Assembly: GCA_038214755.1 (NCBI GenBank) | Contig: JBBQRQ010000036.1 | Span: 1 to 45,104, forward strand | DNA: 45,104 nt | Reading direction: 5' to 3' | From: Verrucomicrobiota bacterium | Lineage (GTDB): Bacteria; Verrucomicrobiota; Verrucomicrobiia; Limisphaerales; CANJXF01 | Part shown: piece after piece, positions 1-9,839 of the stretch | Layout of the letters: every line of letters begins with the position of its first letter | How positions within the stretch are numbered: position 1 is the first letter of the stretch | Translations under genes and position numbers: made by a program | The notes under the pieces: generated by a model | Told to the model about the DNA's origin: nothing | Database searches by the model: none | Seen by the model: only the letters and a program-made list of their open reading frames with translations

Positions 1-67
1 CGCGGACTTTTATGTTCGCTTTGCTATGGATGTATAAACTCCTTAAAACGGGCTGCCGGCAGAACTA

Positions 68-155
68 TGGGAGGGCGCACTTACGCGGCCGGTTTTTAAA
101 AACATAAATTTGCGTACGTTACGGCCCGCGCTCCTGAAACGAAGCCGCGCCTCCA
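68..155. repeat. Degenerate REP-like palindromic element downstream of mfd
   Basis: tgggagggcgc...gcgcctcca imperfect inverted ends with GC-rich internal hairpins; resembles the ggagcgc...gcgctcc family elsewhere in the window. Confidence 0.35.
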
Positions 156-191
156 TGCCGAACACTATTGGCGAGACGCGGGTGTTACCCA

Positions 192-3100
192 TCAGAGCGC
201 AAGCAGCAACCTTTTAATTTCCTTCAAACGCGCGCCCGCTTCTTTTTTCGTGAGACGCGGAAATTTTCCGCCGACCATCAGCAGATCGTTGTTGCGCGTG
301 AGCATCAATTTATCTTCCTTCGTTTCGATGAGGCTCACGTGTTTTTCAGAGGCCAAGACTTTCAATTCGCCCACTTGCAAAAGCAACTCCACCGCAGGCG
401 GCAGCAGTCCGAATCGATCTCGCAATTCCTTGCGTAAAGTTTCGAGCGCCGCTTTGTCCTCGACCTGCGCGAGCTTCCGATAAATTTCGATGCGATGTTG
501 CGCTTCGGGGATATAGTTCAACGGAACGTAAGCGGGAGACTTTCGGATATTTTCGATTTTCGATTTGCGATTTGCGACGTCTTCACGGGCAGCAAAGGTT
601 CCAACTTCACGCGGAATGTTTATTTCAAGATCCGCCTTCTGATTTCGGATTTCGGATTTCTGGTTTCTTCTTTCCATTTCCTCCCCCGGACTCATCGCCA
701 GAAAATCAATTCGCACCTGAACCTCCAAGCGCGGTTTCACCTTCTCACCCTTCAGCGCGCTGATGCTTTGCTTGAGCAACTGGCAATAAAGCTCAAAACC
801 GACCGCGGTAATGTGACCGCTTTGCTGCGCGCCAAGCAGATTTCCCCCGCCGCGGATTTCCAGATCGCGCATGGCAATTTTAAAACCGCTGCCGAGCGTC
901 GAATATTGTTTGATCGCGCTGATTCTTTTTCGCGCATCCGCAAGCAACCCGGCGTGGCGCGGCAAAAGCAGATAAGCGTAGGCCTGATGTTTGTAACGGC
1001 CCACGCGACCGCGCAATTGATATAAATCGCTCAGACCAAATCGGTCCGCGCGATCGATGATGATCGTGTTGGCGTTTGGAATATCGAGACCGCTTTCAAT
1101 GATCGTGGTTGAGAGCAGCACGTCCGCTTCGCCATTCACAAATTTCGCCATCACTTCTTCCAAATCGTCGGCGTGCATCTGGCCGTGGCCGACAACGATG
1201 CGCGCGTTGGGCAAAAGCGTCCGCAATTTCATCGCGACGGATTCGATGTCCAACACGCGATTGTGCAAATAAAAAACCTGACCGCCGCGATTGATCTCGC
1301 GCTGGATCGCATCGCGAATCGTGCGCTCGTCGTATTGCGCGACGATGGTCTCCACGGGCAAGCGATCCTGCGGCGGCGTTTCAATCGTGCTCATGTCGCG
1401 CGCACCCGTTAGCGCCAGATAAAGCGTGCGCGGAATCGGCGTAGCGCTGAGGGTGAGAACATCGACGAGCCGCCGCAGCATTTTGAATTTTTCTTTGTGC
1501 AAAACGCCGAACCGTTGCTCTTCGTCGATCACGACCAGACCCAAATCTTTGAACGCGATGTCTGATTGCACGAGCCGATGCGTGCCGATGACGATGTCCA
1601 CCGCGCCTTCGCCCAAACCGCGAATCGTTTTTTCCTGTTCGCCTCGCGTACGAAAGCGGGAGAGCAATTCGATTCGCACTGGATAATCCGCCATGCGCTC
1701 GCGAAAAGTGTTGAAATGTTGCTGCGCCAAAACCGTGGTCGGAACAAGAATCGCAACCTGCTTTCCGCCCATCACACATTTGAACGCGGCGCGAATGGCG
1801 ATTTCCGTTTTTCCAAAACCGACATCGCCGCAAATCAATCGATCCATCGGCCGCGCGGTTTCCATATCGGTTTTCGTGGCGACGATGGCCTTCATCTGGT
1901 CGGGGGTTTCTTCGTAGATGAACGAACTTTCAAACTCACGTTGCCAATTGTTATCGAGCGGAAACACATGGCCGGGTTGGGAGGCGCGCGCCGCCTGGAT
2001 AGAAAGAAAATCGCTCGCGACATCGCGCACCGCTCGTTCGGCTTGAGCCTTCGTGTTTTTCCAACGCGCTCCGCCAAGTGTGTTCAGGGTCGGACGCGCC
2101 TTGCCCGCGCCGACATATTTGCTGACGAGATGGGACTCGGTCACGGGCACGTAAAGTTTGGGCGGCGGTTCGTTGGGATCCGAGGGCGCGTATTCAATCG
2201 TCAAACATTCCTGGCCGGAGTCGGATTTGGCGGTGTCCTCCCTGCCTTTCAAACCTTGCGCCGACGGAATCGTTTGCAAACCGAGATAACGACCGATGCC
2301 GTATTGCAGATGCACGACATAATCGCCTTCCTCCAAATCGGCGAAATCGATGTCGAGCAACGAGCGAGTGGTTTGAGCGTGCGGAGATTTGAGGCGGCGG
2401 GGGCGTTGCACTTTGTAGCGGCCAAAAATTTCAGCGTCAGTGACGACGACGATCTTTGCCGGCTCAAAAATAAATCCGCGCGCTAACGTGCCGAGGTGTA
2501 AATACAAATCATTCGTGTTGCCAAAACCGTATTCCCACCAGATTTCCCCGAAGCGTTGGCGCTCGCCGTCATTATTGCAGAAAACGTGGACGGAATAGTT
2601 TTGCCGCGACCAGCGATGCAATTGCGCGAAAAATTCTTTGCGTTGCGCCTCGGCGATTTGCGCTTCCGGCGGGCGATTTCCAATGGGCCGAAAAACTTCA
2701 AGACTCTGAAACTGCAACGGAACGCCGATCTCCCGATCGGCAAGTTGTGTGGAATTTTCCGATAACTCCGGCAGCGCAATAACAGAACTTCCATCCCCAT
2801 TTTCCAAGACCGAAACCAAGCTCATTTTTCTCTCAGCGATTTGCTCCTGAAATTTTTCCCACGAAATAAAAAACGGATCGTCCGCCGGAACTTGTTCCGC
2901 ATATCGCGCCGCCGATTCGTCGAGCAATTCCGGCTCGCAAAAAACAAAAATCGTTTCGCGCGGAAGATAATCGAGGAGCGTGGCGAGGTTTTCATTTCCG
3001 CGTTCCGCGTTCTGCGTTCCGCGTTTCAAAATTCCCAACTCGCCGCCGGGCGGAATCGTCAAACTGGAAATTTCGTCGCGGGAAATTTGCGTGAATGGAT

Positions 3101-3824
3101 CGAAGTGACGGAGCGATTCTAATTCGTCTCCGAAAAATTCCAATCGCACCGGCCAGGGATTCGTCAGCGGCCACAAATCCAGAATGCCGCCGCGCAAAGA
3201 AATTTCCCCGCGCTGCGAAACTTGCGCCTCAGGTTCGTAGCCTTGTTCCTCCAGCCATTCGATCAAATCGAGCGGCTCAATTTTGTCGCCGCGTTTTAAC
3301 GAGCGTGTCCGCTTTTGAATTTCGTCTGACAAAAAAGTTTTTTGCAAAAGCGCCGTGACGTTCGTGACGACCATTGCCGATTGCCGATTGCCCATAGCCG
3401 ATTGACCGGACAACGCCACCAAAGTTTGCAATCGATCACTGATGACATCCGCGTGAGGCAGCTTCGATTCGTGCGGAAAAATTTCCCAAGCGGGAAAGAA
3501 AAGCGGAGAGGATGGAGGATGGAGGATGGAGGATGGACTGCCTTGAACTTTGAACTTTGAACTTTGAACCTTGAACCACGTCTCAATGTCCTGCTGAAAA
3601 CTTTCCTGCGTTTTCAAATTTTCCGTGACGACGACGATTGGCCGTTGCGGAAAAAGTTGCGCGAGCAACGCGCCGAAAAACGGTTGCGCAGCTAACGTGA
3701 TTTCGGAAAAGGACAATGCGCTGCCCGACTCCAATCGCTGAAGCAGGTCTTGCACGGCGGGAGTTGACGAAACGGCGGCGAATAAATCACCGGCCGTTGC
3801 TGACCGGTCTTGCACCAAACGCAC
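192..3824 (-). CDS. mfd: Transcription-repair coupling factor Mfd, with several repeat-derived insertions
   Basis: UvrB-homology region (GEISLRGGILDLWP), CarD/RID (GDYVVHLQYGIGRY), Walker A GDVGFGKT, DEEQRFG, SATPIPRT, QLRGRVGR, C-terminal TRCF domain. Confidence 0.97.
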   Translation of the reverse strand: MRLVQDRSATAGDLFAAVSSTPAVQDLLQRLESGSALSFSEITLAAQPFFGALLAQLFPQRPIVVVTENLKTQESFQQDIETWFKVQSSKFKVQGSPSSILHPPSSPLFFPAWEIFPHESKLPHADVISDRLQTLVALSGQSAMGNRQSAMVVTNVTALLQKTFLSDEIQKRTRSLKRGDKIEPLDLIEWLEEQGYEPEAQVSQRGEISLRGGILDLWPLTNPWPVRLEFFGDELESLRHFDPFTQISRDEISSLTIPPGGELGILKRGTQNAERGNENLATLLDYLPRETIFVFCEPELLDESAARYAEQVPADDPFFISWEKFQEQIAERKMSLVSVLENGDGSSVIALPELSENSTQLADREIGVPLQFQSLEVFRPIGNRPPEAQIAEAQRKEFFAQLHRWSRQNYSVHVFCNNDGERQRFGEIWWEYGFGNTNDLYLHLGTLARGFIFEPAKIVVVTDAEIFGRYKVQRPRRLKSPHAQTTRSLLDIDFADLEEGDYVVHLQYGIGRYLGLQTIPSAQGLKGREDTAKSDSGQECLTIEYAPSDPNEPPPKLYVPVTESHLVSKYVGAGKARPTLNTLGGARWKNTKAQAERAVRDVASDFLSIQAARASQPGHVFPLDNNWQREFESSFIYEETPDQMKAIVATKTDMETARPMDRLICGDVGFGKTEIAIRAAFKCVMGGKQVAILVPTTVLAQQHFNTFRERMADYPVRIELLSRFRTRGEQEKTIRGLGEGAVDIVIGTHRLVQSDIAFKDLGLVVIDEEQRFGVLHKEKFKMLRRLVDVLTLSATPIPRTLYLALTGARDMSTIETPPQDRLPVETIVAQYDERTIRDAIQREINRGGQVFYLHNRVLDIESVAMKLRTLLPNARIVVGHGQMHADDLEEVMAKFVNGEADVLLSTTIIESGLDIPNANTIIIDRADRFGLSDLYQLRGRVGRYKHQAYAYLLLPRHAGLLADARKRISAIKQYSTLGSGFKIAMRDLEIRGGGNLLGAQQSGHITAVGFELYCQLLKQSISALKGEKVKPRLEVQVRIDFLAMSPGEEMERRNQKSEIRNQKADLEINIPREVGTFAAREDVANRKSKIENIRKSPAYVPLNYIPEAQHRIEIYRKLAQVEDKAALETLRKELRDRFGLLPPAVELLLQVGELKVLASEKHVSLIETKEDKLMLTRNNDLLMVGGKFPRLTKKEAGARLKEIKRLLLAL
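550..668. repeat. Heptamer tandem arrays inside mfd 3' region
   Basis: ttttcga ttttcga tttgcga tttgcga (550-577) and gatttcg/gatttct units (641-668); encode NRKSKIEN and RNQKSEIRNQK. Confidence 0.8.
2719..2741. repeat. REP-like hairpin in-frame in mfd (ADREIGVP)
   Basis: ggaacgccgatctcccgatcggc; near-identical to 19939-19961 ggaacgccgatttcccaatcggc. Confidence 0.7.
2995..3577. repeat. Four heptamer tandem arrays inside mfd 5' region
   Basis: ttccgcg x4 (~2996-3025), cgattgc-type x4-5 (~3371-3405), ggatgga x4 (~3510-3537), ttgaact/ttgaacc x5 (3543-3577). Confidence 0.85.
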
Positions 3825-4152
3825 GGAAAGTCGCTGCGGAATGAACGCGCGTCAAGGTGAGACGCTTTCGCGTCGTGCTCCTGACAAGACAGTAGGCATC
3901 CAGCCATGCGCTAACGTGGCGAACTACTTGCGACGTTGAGAATGAACGGATGGGTTCAACGGTTTCTTTCCCACTGGTACGGTGGATTTCTGAGGCGCGG
4001 TTTTTTTCACGGAAGAAACCACGGGAATGGACAACTTTTTCTTTGCCATGCCGCACAATCGCCCAAGCCAAGAGGAAAAAGAAATTAAATTTCAAACTGA
4101 CCCATTACCTTTCTTTCTTGCCGAAGCGGGAGCTGGAACTTCTAATCCACTC

Positions 4153-4881
4153 ATGCGCACGCCAAAAATTTATTTCACTATTTTGCTTTGTGTAATTGCT
4201 ACGACGGGCTGCGTTTCATCCAAAAAACAAAACATCGTTCACCTGTTGCAGCCGGAGAATTTTTATTCCTATGTGCAGGGATTCGGCGTGAACAAGGATC
4301 CCGATAAAGTCTTTACCTGGAAAAATGGAGTTCTCCGCGCCAGCGGCGAGCACTATGGCTTCCTAGCGACCAAACAAACCAATTTCGCGAATTACAAGTT
4401 GGTCGCCGAATTTCGCTGGGGCGAAAAGACGTGGCCGCCGCGGGAAAACAATGCGCGCGACAGCGGCGTGCTGGTGCATTGCTTGGGCAACGATCCCAAG
4501 CCCGACGCCAATTGGATCTGGCCCACGTGCATCGAAGGACAAATTATCGAAGGCGGCACCGGCGACATCCTGGTGGTGAGCGGCGCGTCTCTCACGGTTG
4601 ATGGAAAAACGCTCGGCCCCAAGACAGCGCGATTTGATCGCCCGGGCCGAAATCCTTGGAAAGACGAAAAAGGTTTTCGTGGCCCAAACGAAATCGAAAA
4701 GCCCACCGGCCAATGGAACAGAATGGAAATCCTTTGCGACGGCGGCCTCGTTCGCGTGAGCGTCAATGGCCACAAAACAATTGAAGGAACAAACGCGAGT
4801 CCGCAGATGGGAAAAATTCTTCTGCAATCGGAAGGCGCGGAAATTTTCTTCCGGCGATTGGATTTATATCCGCTGAAATAA
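4153..4881 (+). CDS. DUF1080 (3-keto-disaccharide hydrolase-like) lipoprotein
   Basis: Signal/lipobox ATTGC; motifs NYKLVAEFRWG, RDSGV, IEGQI, GQWNRMEI, GKILLQSEGAEIFFR; start set at ATG 4153 after TTGCCG-17-TCTAAT. Confidence 0.85.
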   Translation: MRTPKIYFTILLCVIATTGCVSSKKQNIVHLLQPENFYSYVQGFGVNKDPDKVFTWKNGVLRASGEHYGFLATKQTNFANYKLVAEFRWGEKTWPPRENNARDSGVLVHCLGNDPKPDANWIWPTCIEGQIIEGGTGDILVVSGASLTVDGKTLGPKTARFDRPGRNPWKDEKGFRGPNEIEKPTGQWNRMEILCDGGLVRVSVNGHKTIEGTNASPQMGKILLQSEGAEIFFRRLDLYPLK

Positions 4882-5874
4882 TTATCCCCCTTTCAACCGC
4901 TGCATCGCCGTGGCGAAATCATTGGGATGAGGCGCTTCGAAACTTTGTTTCTTGCCCGCGCGCGGATGAACAAAACCCAAACGGTGCGAATGCAACATCT
5001 GCCGCGGCGCAACCAAATTCGTTAATTCCTCGCAACGCTTGCTTTGTTTCGCGCCGTAAGTGGTGTCGCCCAGCACTGGAAATCCCAAGTGCTGAAAATG
5101 GACGCGAATCTGGTGCGTGCGCCCGGTGTGAATGGTGGCTTCGACCAAGGTTGCGCCACGCAATTTTTCGAGCACGCGAAAACTTGTGCGCGCCTCGCGC
5201 CCTTTGCCAACAGGCACGACGGCCATTTTTTTTCGTTGGGTCGCATGGCGTGCAATCGCGCCGCGAATTTCGCCGGAAGTTTTTGTCAATTCGCCGCAAA
5301 CGATCGCGTGATAAATTTTTTCCACGCTGCGGCCGGCGAATTGTTTGGCGAGCGATTGGTGCGCGAAATCATTCTTGGCCACGACCAGACAACCGCTGGT
5401 GTCTTTGTCCAAACGATGAACGATACCGGGCCGCGCCACACCGCCAATGCCGCTCAAATTTCCGGCGCAATGATGAAGCAGCGCGTTGACCAGAGTGTGT
5501 TGCTCGTTGCCCGCGGCCGGATGCACCACGAGCCCCGGCGGTTTGTTGAGCACGAGCAAGTCGTCGTCTTCAAATAAAATATCGAGCGGAATTTTTTCCG
5601 GTTGCGCCTCGGGGATTTTCGCTTCAGGCCAAAAAATTGAAATCGTTTCGCCGGAGCGCGGATGATGCGTCGCTTTTACTTTTTCGCCGTTGACTCGAAT
5701 ATGCCCTTCCGCAATGAGCCGCTGGAGAGTGCCGCGCGAGATGGATGGAAATCGCGAGCGCAAAAAAGTGTCGAACCGGTCGTGAGGCAGAGAGTGTTCG
5801 ACCGTGAAGATTTCGGTGCGACCGAAAGTAGGGCAGTGCTTCCAGCCTGCCTTCTCCAGATTTTGGTGATTCAT
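4882..5874 (-). CDS. rluD: RluA-family 23S rRNA pseudouridine synthase (RluD-like)
   Basis: S4 domain, NKPPGLVVHP, GIVHRLDKDTSG catalytic motif, TGRTHQIRVH; start ATG lies inside a REP element. Confidence 0.9.
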   Translation of the reverse strand: MNHQNLEKAGWKHCPTFGRTEIFTVEHSLPHDRFDTFLRSRFPSISRGTLQRLIAEGHIRVNGEKVKATHHPRSGETISIFWPEAKIPEAQPEKIPLDILFEDDDLLVLNKPPGLVVHPAAGNEQHTLVNALLHHCAGNLSGIGGVARPGIVHRLDKDTSGCLVVAKNDFAHQSLAKQFAGRSVEKIYHAIVCGELTKTSGEIRGAIARHATQRKKMAVVPVGKGREARTSFRVLEKLRGATLVEATIHTGRTHQIRVHFQHLGFPVLGDTTYGAKQSKRCEELTNLVAPRQMLHSHRLGFVHPRAGKKQSFEAPHPNDFATAMQRLKGG

Positions 5875-5909
5875 AGAGAACAAGAGGCAGGCTGGAAGCG
5901 CTGCCCTAC
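5828..5909. repeat. GTAG-type REP element overlapping the rluD start
   Basis: gtagggcagtgcttccagcctgcct ... aggcaggctggaagcgctgccctac, 25-bp arms with one mismatch. Confidence 0.85.
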
Positions 5910-5913
5910 CACC

Positions 5914-6429
5914 TTAAATCCTCGCTTCGGTCGGGGGCGCAGCCACGTTTTCATTTCTCCAGGATAAAATAAAGAGCAGCCCCACTCCGACGCAGATGGC
6001 GCTATCCGCGATATTGAATGCGGGAAAACCAATTTCACCGCCGCCCCGTCGCTCGATGTAGAAGCGTAAAAAATCAATCACGTGCTGTCTGGCGGGATGG
6101 ATGCGATCAAATAAATTTCCGAGGATTCCGCCGAAGATAAGTCCGAGCGACACTTGGCCCAGAATCGTTTTTGTATCGAAATGATTTCGCCAGAAGAGAA
6201 GTCCGATTAGCGCGAGAAAAGAAACGACAGCCAAAATGGCGTTGTTGTCATGGAACAAACTCCAGGCCGCTCCGGTGTTGACCCAATGCACGAATTTGAA
6301 AAAGCCCGGAATGATAATTCGTTCCTGCGAGGAGTGGAGGAATTTCAGCACCGCCATTTTCGAGAGTTGGTCCGCTGCGAAAATAAGCCCGGCGATCAGC
6401 GCCATGCGACGATTGGCGGTGAGAGTCAT
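5914..6429 (-). CDS. lspA: Lipoprotein signal peptidase II
   Basis: DQLSK, NTGAAWS, GNLFDR, VIDF, FNIAD motifs. Confidence 0.95.
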   Translation of the reverse strand: MTLTANRRMALIAGLIFAADQLSKMAVLKFLHSSQERIIIPGFFKFVHWVNTGAAWSLFHDNNAILAVVSFLALIGLLFWRNHFDTKTILGQVSLGLIFGGILGNLFDRIHPARQHVIDFLRFYIERRGGGEIGFPAFNIADSAICVGVGLLFILSWRNENVAAPPTEARI

Positions 6430-7091
6430 CGCTTATAAACCACGCGGGTCCGGGCGATCAAATCATGCAAGCCACGTTTGTCTTCGCGGAATGCGACGAT
6501 GAGATATCCGATGTAGCAGGTGAAATCGCTGACGATCTTGGCGAGGAAACGAAAAAATGCGAATGAAAATCCCAGCGGCGAACCATCCATTCGAACGATC
6601 CTGGCGCCGATAATCATTTTGCCCAAAGTCGCGCCGAATTTCCCCGTCATGAACACTTCGTAAATAAGACGGAGCAAGAACGAGACTCCCGCCTGTTTGG
6701 CGCTCGCGATGAAAAATGGCATCAAATCTTCGATTCGATGAAAGGTGGTGCCGGGAGACATTTTATAATTCAGCGGCCAGCCCATCACTTTGGCCACCGC
6801 AAAAAAAACGAGATAAAGCAAAAGGCTGTCGATGATCATCGCGCCGACTCGCGGCCAAAAGCCAACCGATTCAAATTCCCCTTCCGTCCCGGTGGCCGAC
6901 GGAGCAAGCACTGCAATTTCCGATTGCAGTTCCTGAAACTGGGCCGCCGCAAGCCAGCTTCCCATGTCGCTTCGCAAAATTTGGGTTTGCCGGCCCACGC
7001 GCCCGTCACGAACCCAGCCTTTCAGTTCCTCCAGCGTCACGGGTCCATATTCGCGTCCGTCGCCGCCGATCATTTTGTAAGTTATTTCCAT
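6426..7091 (-). CDS. RDD-family membrane protein with N-terminal GYF_2-like domain
   Basis: YKMIGGDGREYGPV...WVRDGR N-terminus; FWPRVGAMIID, GATLGK, KRGLHDLIARTRV RDD motifs. Confidence 0.85.
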   Translation of the reverse strand: MEITYKMIGGDGREYGPVTLEELKGWVRDGRVGRQTQILRSDMGSWLAAAQFQELQSEIAVLAPSATGTEGEFESVGFWPRVGAMIIDSLLLYLVFFAVAKVMGWPLNYKMSPGTTFHRIEDLMPFFIASAKQAGVSFLLRLIYEVFMTGKFGATLGKMIIGARIVRMDGSPLGFSFAFFRFLAKIVSDFTCYIGYLIVAFREDKRGLHDLIARTRVVYKR

Positions 7092-7300
7092 GAAGATGCG
7101 CGCTGGTTTAAACGTTGGACGCGCAAAAGACAAGATAGGAGATGGGTGCGTTTGCACGAAAGAATTCCGCGTCGGTCTTTGTCTGGGAACTCCACTTCAA
7201 TGTCAGTGCGGGTAGTACTATTAAGCGCGGATAAATCCCTGTTGCAATTTGGATAGACTTATAATTGAAATTTATAAATCCATAACCCCCCTCAAATCTT

Positions 7301-9721
7301 ATGAATAACATCTCTCCATTCAAAAAGGCCGGATCCCTCTTCCGTTTTGCCGTGGTGCTGTCCGCAATTCTCTTTTATGGCGGACGGGCGTTCGCCCAAC
7401 CCTCTGATGAGCCGCTCCAGCAATTTTGGCGGACGGACGGCTCGGTTCAAGCCGTCTTGGTTACCAACGGCGTGACCTATCTTGGTGGAGCGTTCACCTA
7501 TGTGGGCCCGGACTCTGGCAGCGCCGGAGTGATTGATTTGACCACTGCCCAAGCGCGCCGAGGATTTCCAAAAATTGACGGCACCGTTTTCGCTGCGACA
7601 CCGGATGGCTTCGGGGGATGGTTTATCGGTGGCTCGTTCACAAATGTCGGGAATTTGGTTCGCACCAACCTCGCGCACATCAATGCAGACAACTCAGTCG
7701 ATCCTCTTTGGATTGCGCACCTCAACGGTGTCTGCCAGACGATGATATTGGCAGGTGGGCAACTCTATATTGGCGGAGGTTTTACTCGCGTCGGGGCACT
7801 CACTCGAAACCGCATCGCCGCCGTAAATTCCGTTACCGCCGCCGTGGCAAGTTGGAATCCCAACGCGGGCAATGTCGTCAATACTTTAATACTTGATGCG
7901 AGTGCCACGACGCTTTATGTGGGTGGCAATTTCACCACCATTGGCAGTTCGAATCGGACTCGTATTGCCGCCTTAAATTTGGCTACGGGCTTTGCCACAA
8001 GCTGGGATCCCGTCGCGAATTCATTGGTTACCAGCATCGCCATAGTGGGCAACACGGTTTATGCGGGCGGTAACTTCACCACCATCGGCACGCAACCGCG
8101 CAATCGAATTGCCGCATTGGACGCGACCGCTGCCAACGGCCTGGCGTCTGCGTGGAATCCAAATATCCTCGGCGGCGGCGTCAGCAATCTCGTAGTCAGC
8201 GGCAGCGTGGCGTATGTGGCCGGTTCCTTCACGACGGTGGCAGGAATTAGCCGCAATGGTTTGGCGGCGATTGATGTGGTCACAGCCTTGCCGACGGTTT
8301 GGAATCCGAATCCGAATACAACAAACGTAAATACGATTTTGCTGACGGGCGGAGCTCTCTACGCTGGCGGGTCGTTCACCAGTATCAGCGGAACGCCACG
8401 TAGATTCGTCGCCGCGCTGGATCCAACCACCGGGGCCGCGTTGCCTTGGGCACCCGCAATTTCTGAATTGGATCAAGGCATACCTTCCGTCGTTTATTCT
8501 TTAAGCGCTTCCAATAATCAAATTCTGGTGGGCGGAACATTTGTCAGCATCGGCGGTTCGCTCCGCAATAACATCGCCGCGGTGAACAATGCCAATGGCG
8601 AGGCGACCGCTTGGGACGCGAACTCCAGCGGAACTGTTTCCGCCCTTGCCTTCGCAACTAATGCTATTTACGCAGGGGGAAGTTTCACCAACATCGGCGG
8701 ACAACTACGCAACAGTCTGGCTGCCCTCTCCGAAACCAACGGCGCTGCTCTGGGGTGGAATCCAGATGTCCGAGGTCGCGCCGGCGTTGCCGTCCTGGCT
8801 CTGGCCGTGTCCTCTAATCTTCTTTACGTCGGCGGCATCAACACGACGAACGTTGGCGGATCGACACGGACTAATTTGTTCGCGGTCAACTTGGGCACCG
8901 GCAACCCCACCGCTTGGAATCCCGCCACTTTTCGCACCGCTACGGTCGGTTCGGTCAATGCGCTCGCCATTGATCGCGATACTATTCTGGCGGGCGGCGA
9001 TTTCGTTTCGGTGGGCGGCCAGGCTCGCACCAATCTCGCCGCGATCGGAGCGAATGGCACGGTGGAAAGCTGGAGTCCCAACCCAAATAATATTGTTTAT
9101 GCCGTGGCGGTTTCGAGCAACACGGTTTATGCGGGCGGGACTTTTACCACGATTGGCACCGTGCTTCGCAATCGCATCGCCGCCGTTGACCGAACGACCG
9201 GCTTGGGCATTCTGACTTGGAACCCGGACGCCAGTGGAACAACTCCGCGAGTCAACACGCTGGCAATCGAAGGGCCGGTGGTTTATGTGGGTGGGCAATT
9301 CAACATCATCGGGGGAACATTTCGCACGAATGGGGCTGCCATTCTTCTTTCCAATGGCCAAGCCGCCGCCTGGCAACCGCGGTTCGGCGCGATGGTTCGT
9401 AGCCTCGTCGTGGCGGAAGCGGGTGTGTTCGCCGGTGGCGATTTTCTCTCCGTCGCCGGAAAGCCCCATTCCTACTTCGCCGTCTTCACCGCCGGCCCGG
9501 AAATAATTCTGGAGTCGCTGGCAGTAACGGCAGGGCATTTTGGATTTCAGGTTCGCTCCGGTCAAGGCACTCAGGTCGTCATCCAGCGCACTGCCGGGTT
9601 GGAAACGCCCAACTGGATTCCAATAAGCACCAATACCGTCACTGGATCACCGATCGTCTTCAGCGACCCGGAATTTCTAAGTCCTGATCGGCGCTTTTAT
9701 CGCGCCGTCCTGATCCCTTGA
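7301..9721 (+). CDS. Secreted beta-propeller repeat protein with C-terminal 'FYR' domain
   Basis: Signal peptide ending AFA; about 13 repeats of ~55 aa (LYVGGxFTxxGxxxRNRIAA...WNP); C-terminus ...NWIPISTNT...RRFYRAVLIP. Confidence 0.8.
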   Translation: MNNISPFKKAGSLFRFAVVLSAILFYGGRAFAQPSDEPLQQFWRTDGSVQAVLVTNGVTYLGGAFTYVGPDSGSAGVIDLTTAQARRGFPKIDGTVFAATPDGFGGWFIGGSFTNVGNLVRTNLAHINADNSVDPLWIAHLNGVCQTMILAGGQLYIGGGFTRVGALTRNRIAAVNSVTAAVASWNPNAGNVVNTLILDASATTLYVGGNFTTIGSSNRTRIAALNLATGFATSWDPVANSLVTSIAIVGNTVYAGGNFTTIGTQPRNRIAALDATAANGLASAWNPNILGGGVSNLVVSGSVAYVAGSFTTVAGISRNGLAAIDVVTALPTVWNPNPNTTNVNTILLTGGALYAGGSFTSISGTPRRFVAALDPTTGAALPWAPAISELDQGIPSVVYSLSASNNQILVGGTFVSIGGSLRNNIAAVNNANGEATAWDANSSGTVSALAFATNAIYAGGSFTNIGGQLRNSLAALSETNGAALGWNPDVRGRAGVAVLALAVSSNLLYVGGINTTNVGGSTRTNLFAVNLGTGNPTAWNPATFRTATVGSVNALAIDRDTILAGGDFVSVGGQARTNLAAIGANGTVESWSPNPNNIVYAVAVSSNTVYAGGTFTTIGTVLRNRIAAVDRTTGLGILTWNPDASGTTPRVNTLAIEGPVVYVGGQFNIIGGTFRTNGAAILLSNGQAAAWQPRFGAMVRSLVVAEAGVFAGGDFLSVAGKPHSYFAVFTAGPEIILESLAVTAGHFGFQVRSGQGTQVVIQRTAGLETPNWIPISTNTVTGSPIVFSDPEFLSPDRRFYRAVLIP

Positions 9722-9831
9722 AAAAATTTTAAATTTTAAGTTCTCAGTACTTCAAACTCACTAAAAAAGTTTTGAGTTTTAAGTTCTAAGTTTTGAGTTA
9801 GGGAAAAATGGAAACTTGAAATTCAAAACTG
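9722..9831. repeat. AT-rich heptamer tandem repeats between convergent genes
   Basis: ttttgag ttttaag ttctaag ttttgag and related units. Confidence 0.6.
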
Positions 9832-9839
9832 GTTTTTAA

